A stretch of DNA of 64,000 bases from Eledone cirrhosa (taxonomy: Eukaryota). The stretch is taken from the NCBI GenBank assembly GCA_964016885.1, contig OZ024740.1:412982001-413046000 (forward strand). The letters are read 5' to 3'. Positions 1-11,599 of the stretch are shown in pieces. Within the stretch, counting starts at the first letter, position 1. Each line of letters starts with the position of its first letter. The notes below the pieces were generated by a model, which was not told where the DNA came from, did no database searches, and saw only the letters and a list, made by a program, of their open reading frames with translations. A program made the translations under genes and the position numbers.

Positions 1-558
1 CTGTGAAATGTCTGTGTGTTCAATTATGTAAGTCATTAGTTTCTGTTGTGTGTATTTATTGCCGTGCATTTGTTTTTCTGGGGGTGGGGTGTGGTTCTGC
101 TATTTTCTTGTCGTTGTTGCTGGGTGTGTGTGTTTTGTTGTTGTGTTTGCGATGTTGGTGCTTGTGGTGGTGGTGTTGAAGGTGTTATTGTTGGCGGTGG
201 GGTTGTCGCCGGTGGTGATGGTGGTGCTAGTGAGGGTGGTGATGGTGTTGGTGGTGTTGCTGCTGTGAGTCTCTTTGCAGTAGCCTTTTTTCATTTCTTT
301 CCTCCTTTTTCGAAGACGACGATGCGCTGCTTCTGCGTTTGTGCCTTCTTACGACATTTTGCCATCCCTCTCCCACCTCCAACTCCATATCTGATTTTGT
401 GAGGTCGGGGAGGGGTACCAACTACACTCTTTCACTTGTTGTTGTTGGTGATGTTTGCAGTGGAGTCTCTGTTGCAGCTGCAGATGTTATTACTGTTGTT
501 GTTGTTAATACTTCCACTGCTGCTGCTGTTCTTGATTTCCCTGGCGTTGGTATGGGTG

Positions 559-1910
559 CTACGAACCTATCGTTCCTTGTTGCCGCTTGTCCTGTTGCTG
601 GTAGCCGTGAAGCCGGTTTCGGAATGAGGGGGTTTTCTCCTTTCTCAGGGTCTTCTCGTTGTAGAAGGACCTGAGGTGAGTCTTCGATCCACAGCGAAAG
701 CATTTCGGGCGTTTGCCCTCAACACTTATGGGCAGTTGAATGCCGTTATCGAAGTCTATCACATCCGGGATAGCTTCGATGCACTCCTGGTTGGTTTGGA
801 TTAACATCTCAATGGAGGTGCCGACCCAATCTTCTCTTACTCTTTTCTGTACTTGCAGTACAGTTGTTTTGTCCTCGATTCCGACGAGGACAGATGCGGC
901 CATCCCGGGGGAGGGGGGGACGTGGGTCAGTTTGACCCTCACAATTTTTGCTCGCAGTAGGAGGGCACCAACACCATTTCCTCGCTCCTTAGGGTCACCA
1001 AGGATTGAGTTTTTGCCTCCTGGGGTGTGGCAAAAAGCACGTATACGGTGGCATATTTCTTGCCTCAGGTCATGTGCGTTTTCCGCTGCCACACAGACCC
1101 TAAGGCTTTTTGTATTTGAGCCTCTATGGCTCTTTCAAACCTACGGGATTTTGTACTCACTGTACGGTACGTGACCGTACAGTGCTGTTGGGTTTTGAAA
1201 AAGTTTTCGGCTGCCTTGCAGATTGCTCGGTGTCAGGTTTTCGTCGCCATCTTCTTCGCTTCATCTAATTCCTCATTTGTTATGAGGATGGTTTCCAGGT
1301 TATTTGCGATACCTGCAAACGAGATTGGTTTTTCTTTGCTTCTGTTCTTGTTGTTGTTGTCTTCAGAGCTGCTGTTACTTTTGTTGTTGCTGCAAGTACT
1401 ACGACTACTGCCGCCGCCGCTGTTGCTGTGATTGTTGTTGTTGTTGCTGCTGCTGCTCTTGTTGTTGCTGTTGCTGCTAATGCTGTTGTTGTTTATGCTG
1501 CTGCTGATGCTGTTGCGGCTGCTACTGTTGTTGTCCTTGTCACTGTTGCTGCTGTTGCTGTTATTACGGCTGCTACTGCTATTATTCCTGACGTCAGACG
1601 AATGAAATGGGTTTTTGTATTGCCCGCATACCTTTTTCGTCGTTGTCGTCGTCGTCGTGGAGAAATCTTGCACGCTTTGCACGTGATTTTTCTTTTCTGG
1701 CGTCGCTTGCGAAAGGGAAGGGAGGGAGAGAGACACATTTAGAGAAGGGAGGGAGAGAGACACATTTAGAGAAGGGAGGGAGAGAGACAATTTTTTCTCT
1801 GCTGTAGTGACGATTGAGGAAGAAGAAGACTGAATGAGTGGGAGTGACTTGTGAAAATTCTTTTTCGTAGCCATGTTTTTTTTTTGGTTTAAAATAAATA
1901 TTGGGCACAA
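559..1910 (-). pseudogene. Disrupted ORF1 (gag-like; N/S low-complexity N-terminus, degenerate zinc knuckle CFRCGSKTH)
   Basis: Two ORF-track fragments separated by stops/frameshift; CxxCxxxxH motif whose last Cys is missing. Confidence 0.65.
1714..1789. repeat. 27-bp tandem repeat x~2.8 inside ORF1 (encodes SLSLPSLNV on -)
   Basis: Unit agagaagggagggagagagacacattt seen directly. Confidence 0.9.
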
Positions 1911-2090
1911 AACCCCAATAAGCGGTTATTTAACCCCGAAGGGCCAAATAACGGGCAGAAAGACCCCTCTCACGAGGAGGAGGTTGCTTTTGTCAACAAT
2001 TTGGTTAAAGTTTTAAACAATTTACAATGGTTATAGCGGTCAAAATTTACAATACCTTACAGAGCCGAGCCTCCGTCCACCATAGCATTC

Positions 2091-2120
2091 AATAATAATA
2101 ATAATAATAATAATAATAAT
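2091..2120. repeat. (TAA)n microsatellite between Tx1-like and R4/Dong copies
   Basis: Direct sequence. Confidence 0.95.
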
Positions 2121-2142
2121 TAAAAAAAAAAAAAAGAAAAAC

Positions 2143-4532
2143 CTGCAAATGGAAATCCCCAGGAAAAGACAAAATACAAATGTTTTGGATAAATGCCTTC
2201 ACAGAGTCTCATGAGCTGTTAGCCTAACTTTACAATTAAATAATTAAGGTACCAGAAAAGATACCATCATGGCTACTTAACAGCATTACATTCTTGCTTC
2301 CGAAGAATGATGAGACAAACAATCCCAAAAATTACAGACCGATAACTTGCTTGACCACAATGTATAAAATTTTAACATCAGTCCTAACTGAATATACATA
2401 TGACCACCTGATAACAAATGACCTATTTCCCATTGAGCAGAAAGGGTGTAAACGAGGCTCATATGGCTTTAAGAATCAGCTTTTGGTTAACAAAATGATC
2501 TGGAAGATTGTCATAATAGACACAAAAATCTATCAATTGCTTGGATAGATTATAAAAAAGCATTCGATAGTTTGGCACACAGTTGGATTGAAAAATGTTT
2601 AAAGATTTTCAAAATACCTCCCGTTGTCAGGAGGTTTTTGTCGTTCAGTATGAAGACATGGAAAAGGACACTCCTTTTGAATAGTGAAACAAAATCACTG
2701 GAAGCTGGAGAAGTTAATATTAATTGTGGAATTTTTCAGGGTGACTCTTTATCACCGCTTTTATTCTGCATCGCACTTATACCATTAAGTAAAATGCTCA
2801 ATGAAACAAAACATGGATATAAAGTCTATGACAAAACCATTAATCACTTGTTCTACATGGATGCCCTGAAACTATTTGCAAAAAATGATGTACAATTGCA
2901 AGGGCTATTATCCACTGTGGGGCAGTTCAGTGATGACATTAAAATGGAGTTTGGACTAGATAAATGCGCCAAATCAACGTTCACCAGAGGAAAGCTGCTG
3001 AAAAGTTCAGACATTAATCTTGATCGGGGGAATGTGATAAGAGAACTTGATCAAGAGGAAACTTACAAATATCTAGGTGTTTGTGAAGGAGACGAAATCA
3101 AGCAATCCACAATGAGGGAAAGGATAAGGAAGGAATGTTAACGCAGAGTAAGCGCAATCTTAAGAACGGAATTGAATGCAAGGAATAGGATCGATGCCAT
3201 AAACACGCTTGCCATACCAGTAGTAACCTACAGTTACAATGTCATCAACTGGTCAAGCACAGAGATCCGTAGGCTCGATACAAAAATTCGAAAATACTTA
3301 ACCATGCACAGATGCATCACCCTAGAATATATCTCACTAGCAAAGAAGGAGGACGTAGGTTAATCCAGTTAGATATTGCGTTGAAAACTGCAACAATTGG
3401 ATTATCTACATATCTAAGGGAATCACAAGATTGGATGATCAAACTCGTTTTGAAACACGAAAGCATCAAAAGATCATACTCCATTACAAAAGATGCACAA
3501 AGATACAGTAATGGACTACAAATATCAGAAGTCCCATTTACTGCTGAAATGGTAAACACAGAAAAAGCAAAGCAGGAAAAAGTAACTGCAAAGAAAGAAC
3601 TGCTACAGAAACTGGCTAAGAAATGGCAAGAAAAGCCTCTGTATGGAAAATACCCAGAACGAGCTAACAATCCTGATGTTGACAAAACTTTAACCCATCA
3701 GTGGTTGGCATCCTCTGGACTGAAATCGGAGACTGAAGGACTGCTTATGTCAGCACAAGATCAGTGTCTGCCAACAAAAATTTACGAAGCCAACATAATA
3801 AAAAATGGATGCAGCCCATTATGCCGTGTAGGTAAAAAACAAGCAGAGACCATTGACCATATAATTTCAATGTGCAGTCCTATAGCTCCAACAGAATACC
3901 TAAACAGGCATGACTGATTTGCACAATACATACATTGGATAATGTGTAAGCATTTTGACCTGCCCCATCAAAAGAATTGGTGGGAGCATCAACCACCTCC
4001 CATACTTGAAAAAGATCACATCTCAATCTTGTGGAACTTTAGCATCCAAATAGACCGAAAAATAGATGCAAATAGACCTGATATAATATTGAAGGACTTT
4101 AAAAAGAGGGTATGCCTACTAATTGATATGTCCGTTCCAATAGACAAGAATGTATCTATAAAAACATTTGAAAAATTGAGCAAGTATAAGGACCTGGAGA
4201 TAGAAATTGAAAAAATGTGGAAATTGAAAACTAAAACAATACCAGTGGTTGTAGGCTCTCTAGGAATGATACCTAAGGGGTCTAATGATTACTTATCTCA
4301 AATCCCAGGAAACCGCGTATAGGAGAAATACAAAAGATAGTACTAATGGGAACTGCCCATATACTAAGGAAGATTCTGTCAATATGAGTACATCACAAGT
4401 CTAAAAACCTAAAGATTCATGTGTGAGTATGTATGTTCTTTCTTGAACATGGCGGACCTTGTTGTCTCTTGAGGTCACTGGTTGTGACTTGGTGATAACT
4501 CGTATGAACATAAAGCAAGATAAATGCAGTTG
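2143..4532 (+). mobile_element. R4/Dong-clade LINE family A, 5'-truncated and degraded (RT + CCHC + REL endonuclease)
   Basis: Fragments NYRPITCL, GIFQGDSLSPLLF, LFYMDAL, RHD, RPDIILKD..IDMSVP..KLSKYKDL; 3'UTR ends gcaagataaatgca followed by (TAA)n. Confidence 0.9.
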
Positions 4533-4699
4533 TAATAATTATAATAATAATATTTAAAACAATTGTGATAAAATAATTGTTATTACAAATGGAACATAAG
4601 ATACCAGTCATACTCTCAGGAAGTGACACGCATCACATTATGGCATAGGGCTCCAATATTTAATATTTAATTTTATATCAGAAATTTTGTAGTCAAAAA

Positions 4700-5440
4700 A
4701 GAAAGTAGTTACGAACAACAGCCAAATAATTTCACCACCAACACCACCACCGCCACCACCACCATGACCACTACCACAAAAAATCTAACCAGGCTACATC
4801 ACCACCGCCTACTATCCTACCACCACCACCTACTATCCTACCACCACCGCCACCACTGTATCATCGCTACCACCACTATTCCCCCACTGCCTCCTGTTAT
4901 AGGAGAGGGATGGTGGTAGTGCCACTACAGAGAATAAGCGAGTAAGGCATCAAAAGATATAAATAGACTGATTTAGTGAGCCTTGACAAACAGCTAACAA
5001 CAACAACAACACAAAAATAATTATTGTTGCTGTATCTCTAAACTCTAAACTCTCTCAAAATGTTTAGTTTAAACGATGTCAAATCTAAACTATAAAATAA
5101 TAATAATAATTGTTTCTACTTTTGGCACAAGGCCAGCAAAATATCCAGTATATTACTGGTACTTTATGTTATCGACCCCGTAAGGATGAAAGGCAAAGTT
5201 AACCACGGCGGGATTATAATATAATAATATAATAATAAGCAACAAGTCGAAAGATTATAGAACAGAACACAAGAAAATGGTTACGAAGAACAGCCAAATA
5301 ACTTCACCACCAACAACACAACCGCCGCCACCACCATCACCACTACAACAAAAACATCTAGCCAGGCTGCAGCAACACCATCAATATAGTACTACTATCC
5401 CACCGCCACCACTGCATCAGCGCTACCACCACTACACACA
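4700..5440 (+). repeat. Two diverged copies (~4700-5000 and ~5255-5440) of a (CAC)-rich unit, also related to ~7100-7400
   Basis: Shared gttacgaa.aacagccaaataa.ttcaccacc..ccaggct; gag.aaggcatcaaaa.atata.atagact at ~4940 and ~7370. Confidence 0.6.
5108..5215 (-). mobile_element. tRNA-derived SINE, 3' portion
   Basis: Matches the fuller copy at 44780-44965; its (ATT)n tail merges with a microsatellite. Confidence 0.8.
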
Positions 5441-5454
5441 TGAATGAATAAATA

Positions 5455-6636
5455 CATTCAGAGAGTAAGGAGCGTATTAAAATCACATCTGTCTATTATT
5501 AGGTACAGTGCGGTAAATCTGAGATGGAATGTTGCTGAACAAAAAGAACTGGATAGAAGACTAGGAAGCTATTGACTATCTACAACATGTTCCACAAGAG
5601 GAGTGATGTTGATAGACTCTACTTAAAGAGATCTGAAGGTGGAAGAGATCTTATCAGCATAGAGGACTGTGTTCAGATGGAGAAAAACAACCTACGTGAC
5701 AAATAGTAGGGAGCCAATGCTCAGAATTGTACTGAAGGAGAGGACAATAGACCAGGGGATGTCCAAGGAGGAAATAACAACAAGGAGAAAGAGCAACCTT
5801 CCTGAAAAATCCATTCATAGTACCTTCTTTGAGAAAACTGAATTTAGAGATCCACAGACATGGAACTGGTTGAAAAGAGGAGACCTTAAAAAGGCTACAG
5901 AAGGAATGCTAATGGCTGCGCAAGAGCGGACCCTCAAAACGAAGTGGGTGAAATACCATATTTACAAGGAGTAGGCTAGCCCACTGTGTAGGATCTGTAG
6001 AGAGAAGAGACTGTGGCTCACATTGTATCTGAGTGTAAACACCTAGCCCAGACTCACTATAAAGGATGGAGACATGATGTGATAGGCAGGGTGATCCACT
6101 GACACCTATGCAAAGTAAACAATTTACCACATTCTGAGAAGTAGTATGAGCATAAGCCAGAGTCAGTGATAGAAAACGATCAGGTGAAGGTGCTGTGGGA
6201 TTTTAGGATACAGAATTTTAGGATACAAGAAACTGGAACACAATAAACCTGACCTGGTGGTTTTGGACAAGGAGAAAAGATCGTGCATGATTGTGGATGT
6301 AGCCTGCCCATTCGACACAAGAGTGCAAGAGAAGGTGAGGGAGACAATTAACCGATACCAGGACTTAAAGTGGGAGGTAAAAAGGATTTGGAACTCCCAT
6401 GAAGTCAATGTGGTCCCGATTGTCATAGGCGCACTAGTAACTATTTCAAAGAGTTTCCAAGGATGGTTAAAGAAAGTTGGTCCCGCCCCGCTTTTTGGAA
6501 CAGTTCAAAAGGCATGCTTGCTGGGAACAGCAAGAACCCTCCGATACGTTTTGATATCTGAAGCTGCAGGGAGTGGCTTGATATTCATTTCAACAAACTT
6601 TGCAGTTAAATAACATCAATGACTGAGACTCAAAGA
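5455..6636 (+). mobile_element. R4/Dong family B, 3' fragment (degraded)
   Basis: Close match to 10065-11290 including the 3'UTR aacatcaatgactgaga.tcaa; followed by long (TAA)n. Confidence 0.92.
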
Positions 6637-6654
6637 ACAATAATAATAATAATG

Positions 6655-6693
<39 letters not shown>

Positions 6694-6715
6694 GTATAAT
6701 AATATAATAATAATA

Positions 6716-6750
<35 letters not shown>
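6637..6750. repeat. (TAA)n microsatellite
   Basis: Direct sequence. Confidence 0.95.
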
Positions 6751-7645
6751 GGGAAGAAGACGCACGAGGTGGTAGAAGGTCATGAAATCGCTCCCGTAAG
6801 TTTTGAATTTTTAACATATTTAAATCATTTGTGAAATAACAACTCTTAGTACAAATGCTACGTAAAGCACCCGGCTTGAGCCCCAAAAAATTCGGACCCA
6901 AAATATATTGTTATAAGGCTCAAATATTCAAATATTCAACTTTGTATTGTACACTGTATATCCCCCCCCCCCCAAAAAAAATGGCTATAAATGGAAGAAG
7001 AAGACCCCCCCCCCTCCTCTCCTCTGGCTACACTATATAGGACAGCTAAACTCACCAACACCAGAAGCTAGATACACCACCCACCCCATCATCTGTGTAC
7101 ACTAAACACAACAGCATTTTCACCTTCACCGCCACCGCTCACTACGGCCATCATTACCACCACTATCCCATCACCGCCGCCACCACCCCTTGACTCCTTC
7201 ACTGCTGCTGCCACCGCTACAGCACCATCACTACAGTAATACGGTCGCATATCGCCACCACTGCCTCGGTATCGACATCACCACCACCACCACTGTCTCA
7301 GTATCGCCAACGCCGCCAGTCTCTGCTGGCTGCCACTTCCACATTATAGAATTCCTACTACTAACAAAGAGGAAGGCATCAAAATATATAGATAGACTCA
7401 AAAGAAAAAAGAAAAAACAAACAACAAAACCAAAGCAGCACAGCAACAACAGCAAAAAACGAGAAAAACAAACAGAGAAAAACAAAAACAAAAAAAGAAA
7501 CCCCCAAAACGTAAAGAAAATAAGAATGAAGAGAGAAGCAGGCGGACGGACAGAGAAGAGGGGGGAAAAAGTAAAACTTAAAAAACAAAAACTAAGTCAG
7601 ACATTCGAATACTACATTACAATGAAACTTATGCTTATTCATTTT

Positions 7646-10600
7646 TGGGGCCCTTTCTGCCCGTGTGTTTGTTTGTTTATGTGTGTCCGTATACAGCGTG
7701 GTGATAATGCCACACAAGGGCCAAGTGGGATGGCGGATCCACAGATGGCTATGTAAACATACATTCGCCAATCCTCGATAAGAGTGTTTAAATATCGAAC
7801 ATAAACAGTTCGAATAACGGTGAAATGGAGACTAGAACGTCATGTGACAGACTCTCACCCAACAGGTGCCCCCTGGCTCAGCAGCAGGAACCTGACTGTC
7901 AACCAAATACTGCTGATGTTGGAGGAAGAAGAAGAAGGAAAGGGGCCAGAACCAACTGGACGAAAGAATTGAATAGAACTGTTATGCAATGCTACCTGAA
8001 AAGTAACCCCAAGGAGAGGGGCTACAGGAGACGGATGCATAACATCTGGAACGAGATTGGTTTATTTAAATTAGATGAACAAAAATTGGCCGGGCAGGCT
8101 CGGGTAATAAGAACTAATGGGTGGATAAGCGAGCTGGAACTGGAGGAACTGAGCAGAGAGAATGGCTTGGAGATGGCGGGTGTAGTATGCCAGACAAGCG
8201 AGCCGGCGGGAAATGAAGGTGAGGAGGTCCTGAGAACGGAGGAACCACCCGAAGCAGACAATGATCTGAATACTGAGATAAATAATACCTGGAACAGAGA
8301 TACGGCCACTGAGGAGATGAATGCTGACGGGCTAGGACAAGATTCGGTTGACATCCTAAATTTAGTGGTAGATGAGTTGAACAATGATAGTGGGAGACCT
8401 ATGAACCTAAGATTTGTAGACAGGAAAAAGTTAAAAGAAACAACAGCTAGGGTAAACAAAGTGATCCCATACCTTGAGGCGAGGAGTCTTCACCAGTGCA
8501 ACAATATCCTCAAAGCAACAGCAAATACGGTGAGGAAACTACTTGGTATAAAAGCGAGAGGAAACAACAGACAAGAAAGAGCAGAGCCGTGGTGGAAGAA
8601 GCGACTGAGTGGGCAAATCGGGGAAATGAGAAATGACATAGGAAAGCTTGAGTCACTACTGAATGGGACACTAAAAAACATAGGCACTAAAAATAGACTG
8701 GAAATAAAATACAAAACTAGGAGTAAAAAGCTAAATATTATCATAGAGGAATTGAAGCAACGCATTGTAGCAAAGAGTGCCAAAATCAGGCGATACGAGA
8801 ACAGAGTCAGTCAGTATAAACAGAACCGCATGTTCGACAACAACCAGAAGATGCTGTTTGGACAGCTTGAGGGGAAAGAAAGAGGCAACGACTTGATCCC
8901 TGGGGCGGAACAAGCTAAAACATTCTGGAGAGGAATATGGGAGCAGGATGTTAGACACAATGTCCAGGCAGGGTGGATTGAGACAGTACAGAGGGAGATC
9001 GGTGAGCAGGCACAACAACAGACTGATTTGAGTATCACAGTTGAAACTCTTAAGGGGCAAGCCAAAAAACTAACCAACTGGAAATCACCAGGCCCAGATG
9101 GTGTGCAGGGGTATTGGATTAAACATTTAACATCCCTCCACCCGAAGCTGACGGCCATGTTCAATGACTGCTTGGTGTCGGGTGAGGTGCCAGAGTGGTT
9201 GACAAAAGGTACCACAGTTCTGATAATGAAAGACCGAATCAAGGGTAATGATGTTACCAACTATAGACCTATCACATGTCTGCCCGTAATGTGGAAACTG
9301 TTGACGAGCATTGTGTCTGAGGAAAACTACCATCACCTCCACACAAACAACTTGTTACCGGACGAACAGAAAGGATGCCGAAAGAAGTCACGTGGTACAA
9401 AGGACCAGTTGCTTATTGATAAGATGGTAATGGGGAATTGCAGGAGGAGACACACTGATCTTGCCATGGGATGGATAGACTACAGAAAGGCATTTGACAT
9501 GGTGCCTCATTCCTGGATCACCAAAAGCCTGGAGATATTCAGGGTGGCAGATAACATCAGACAGTTGCTGGGCAGGAGTATGGGGTCCTGGGAGTCAGAG
9601 TTGACATCAACTGGAGTATCCTTGGGAAGCGTGAAGATCAAGAGAGGTATCTTCCAGGGAGATAGCCTGTCCCCTCTGTTGTTTGTCCTTGCCCTGATGC
9701 CCTTGACCATTATGCTGCGAAAAGTGAGAGCAGGATACAAGTTTGGAAGGGGAGAGCTTACCATCAATCACCTCCTCTTCATGGACGATCTTAAGCTCTT
9801 CGGGAAAAGTGAGAAGGAGTTGGATGTGCTTGTTGACACTGTCCGTATTTTCAGCAGTGATATATGTATGCAGTTTGGTATTGGTAAATGTGGAGTCATT
9901 GTGATGAGGAGGGGTAGGTTGAGCAGAAGTAACGGGATCCAGATACCAACAGGTGAGATGATAAAGGAAATTGACTCTGAGGAAGGATACAAGTATTTGG
10001 GCGTTCTGGAGGCTGATGGCATAAAGAACAAAAAAATGAAGGAATTGTTAAGAACTGAATACATTCGGAGAGTAAGGAGCGTATTGAAGTCACATCTGAA
10101 CAGCAGAAATGCCATAAGCGCAGTAAATTCCCGAGCTGTGTCTATTATTAGGTACAGTGCGGGAATTCTGAGATGGAATGTTGCTGAACAAAAAGAAATG
10201 GATAGGAAGACTAGGAAGCTATTGACTATCTACAACATGTTCCACAAGAGGAGTGATGTCGATAGACTCTACCTAAGGAGATCTGAGGGTGGAAGAGGTC
10301 TTATCAGCATAGAGGACTGTGTTCAGATGGAGAAAAACAACCTATACAAATACGTGACCTATAGTAAGGAGCCAATGCTCAGAGCTGTACTGAAGGAGGG
10401 GACAGTAGGCCAGGGGATACCCAAGGAGGAAATAACATCAAGGAGGAAGAGCAGCCTTAAGGGAAAATCCCTTCATAGTACCTTCTTTGAGAAAACTGAA
10501 TTTAGAGATCCACAGACATGGAACTGGTTGAGAAGAGGAGACCTCAAAAAGGCTACAGAAGGAATGCTAATGGCTGCGCAGGAGCAGGCCCTCAAAACGA

Positions 10601-11292
10601 AGTGGTTGAAGCACCATATCTACAAGGAGGAGGCTAGCCCACTGTGCAGGATCTGTGGAGAGAGAGAGGAGACTGTGGCTCACATTGTGTCCGAGTGTAA
10701 ACACCTAGCCCAGACCCACTATAAGGGCTGGAGACACGATGTGATGGGCAGGGTGATCCACTGGCACCTGTGCAAAGTAAACAATCTACCACATTCTGAG
10801 AAATGGTATGAGCATAGGCCAGAGGCGGTGATGGAGAACAGTCAGGTGAAGGTGCTGTGGGATTTTAGGATACAGACGGACAAAAAACTGGAACACAATA
10901 GACCTGACCTGGTGGTTGTGGACAAAGAAAAAAGATCGTGCCTGATTGTGGATGTGGCCTGCCCGTTCGACACGAGAGTGCAAGAGAAGGAGAGGGAGAA
11001 AATTAACCGATACCAGGACCTAAAGTGGGAGGTGAAAAGGATTTGGAACTGCCATGAAGTCAAAGTGATCCCGATTGTCATAGGCGCACTGGGGACTATC
11101 TCCAAAGGTTTCCAGGGATGGTTAAAGAAAATCGGCCCCTTCACGCTTTTTGGAACGCTTCAAAAGGCATGCTTGCTTGGAACGGCAAGAACCCTCCGAT
11201 ACGTCCTGAATATCTGAGGCTGCAGGTAGTGGCTTGATATTCAATCCAACGGACTTTTCAGTTAACCAACATCAATGACTGAGATTCAAGGA
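7646..11292 (+). mobile_element. R4/Dong family B, apparently full-length non-LTR retrotransposon
   Basis: Single intact ORF, structured 5' leader, short 3'UTR ending in (TAA)n. The 5' boundary is approximate. Confidence 0.88.
7825..11217 (+). CDS. Reverse transcriptase / CCHC zinc finger / restriction-like endonuclease polyprotein (R4/Dong clade), 1130 aa
   Basis: NWKSPGPDG, NYRPITCL, GIFQGDSLSPLLF, LLFMDDLK (RT); CRICGEREETVAHIVSEC; RHD; RPDLVVVD..VDVACP..EKINRYQDL (PD-D/ExK). No stops. Confidence 0.96.
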   Translation: METRTSCDRLSPNRCPLAQQQEPDCQPNTADVGGRRRRKGARTNWTKELNRTVMQCYLKSNPKERGYRRRMHNIWNEIGLFKLDEQKLAGQARVIRTNGWISELELEELSRENGLEMAGVVCQTSEPAGNEGEEVLRTEEPPEADNDLNTEINNTWNRDTATEEMNADGLGQDSVDILNLVVDELNNDSGRPMNLRFVDRKKLKETTARVNKVIPYLEARSLHQCNNILKATANTVRKLLGIKARGNNRQERAEPWWKKRLSGQIGEMRNDIGKLESLLNGTLKNIGTKNRLEIKYKTRSKKLNIIIEELKQRIVAKSAKIRRYENRVSQYKQNRMFDNNQKMLFGQLEGKERGNDLIPGAEQAKTFWRGIWEQDVRHNVQAGWIETVQREIGEQAQQQTDLSITVETLKGQAKKLTNWKSPGPDGVQGYWIKHLTSLHPKLTAMFNDCLVSGEVPEWLTKGTTVLIMKDRIKGNDVTNYRPITCLPVMWKLLTSIVSEENYHHLHTNNLLPDEQKGCRKKSRGTKDQLLIDKMVMGNCRRRHTDLAMGWIDYRKAFDMVPHSWITKSLEIFRVADNIRQLLGRSMGSWESELTSTGVSLGSVKIKRGIFQGDSLSPLLFVLALMPLTIMLRKVRAGYKFGRGELTINHLLFMDDLKLFGKSEKELDVLVDTVRIFSSDICMQFGIGKCGVIVMRRGRLSRSNGIQIPTGEMIKEIDSEEGYKYLGVLEADGIKNKKMKELLRTEYIRRVRSVLKSHLNSRNAISAVNSRAVSIIRYSAGILRWNVAEQKEMDRKTRKLLTIYNMFHKRSDVDRLYLRRSEGGRGLISIEDCVQMEKNNLYKYVTYSKEPMLRAVLKEGTVGQGIPKEEITSRRKSSLKGKSLHSTFFEKTEFRDPQTWNWLRRGDLKKATEGMLMAAQEQALKTKWLKHHIYKEEASPLCRICGEREETVAHIVSECKHLAQTHYKGWRHDVMGRVIHWHLCKVNNLPHSEKWYEHRPEAVMENSQVKVLWDFRIQTDKKLEHNRPDLVVVDKEKRSCLIVDVACPFDTRVQEKEREKINRYQDLKWEVKRIWNCHEVKVIPIVIGALGTISKGFQGWLKKIGPFTLFGTLQKACLLGTARTLRYVLNI

Positions 11293-11599
11293 ATAACAAT
11301 AAAAATAATAATAATAATAATAATAATGTTTTCTTTATTAACCACAAGGGTTTACATACAGTAAAACATTAAGGACAGTACAGGACAATACAGGACGGTA
11401 CAAATGGGCATTTCTGCGTGTAAAAAAACAGAGGATGTAATAAATAACAAAGAAAAATCCCCCACTAGGGGGGAGAATTCCGAGGGACATTTGTGGAGAA
11501 AGCCCATTAAAAGACCACAGTGACCCTGACCACCAGGGCAAGTGCCCTCTCCCAGTTTTCCACCTTTAATTTACAGACACATACTCAGAGAAGGCCCAT

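Larger units (their letters stand above)
1..2090 (-). mobile_element. Tx1/L1-like non-LTR retrotransposon, 5' part (5'UTR + broken ORF1), running off the window start
   Basis: ORF pieces 1233-1910 and 559-1092 are homologous to ORF1 of the APE-LINE at 11328-16740 (SFAGIA..ITNEELDEAKK vs SFARGA..VTQEELEEAKK; VKLTHVPP..IEAIPDVID..VEGKRPKC vs IRVTHVPP..IEEIPEVID..VESRRPRC). The 5' end abuts (AAT)n at 2091. Confidence 0.75.

Noticed and set aside
46-703. Overlapping hydrophobic ORFs on +
   Set aside because: Antisense reading of the low-complexity Tx1 ORF1.
8022-11144. Minus-strand ORFs over the R4/Dong ORF
   Set aside because: Shadow ORFs without motifs.
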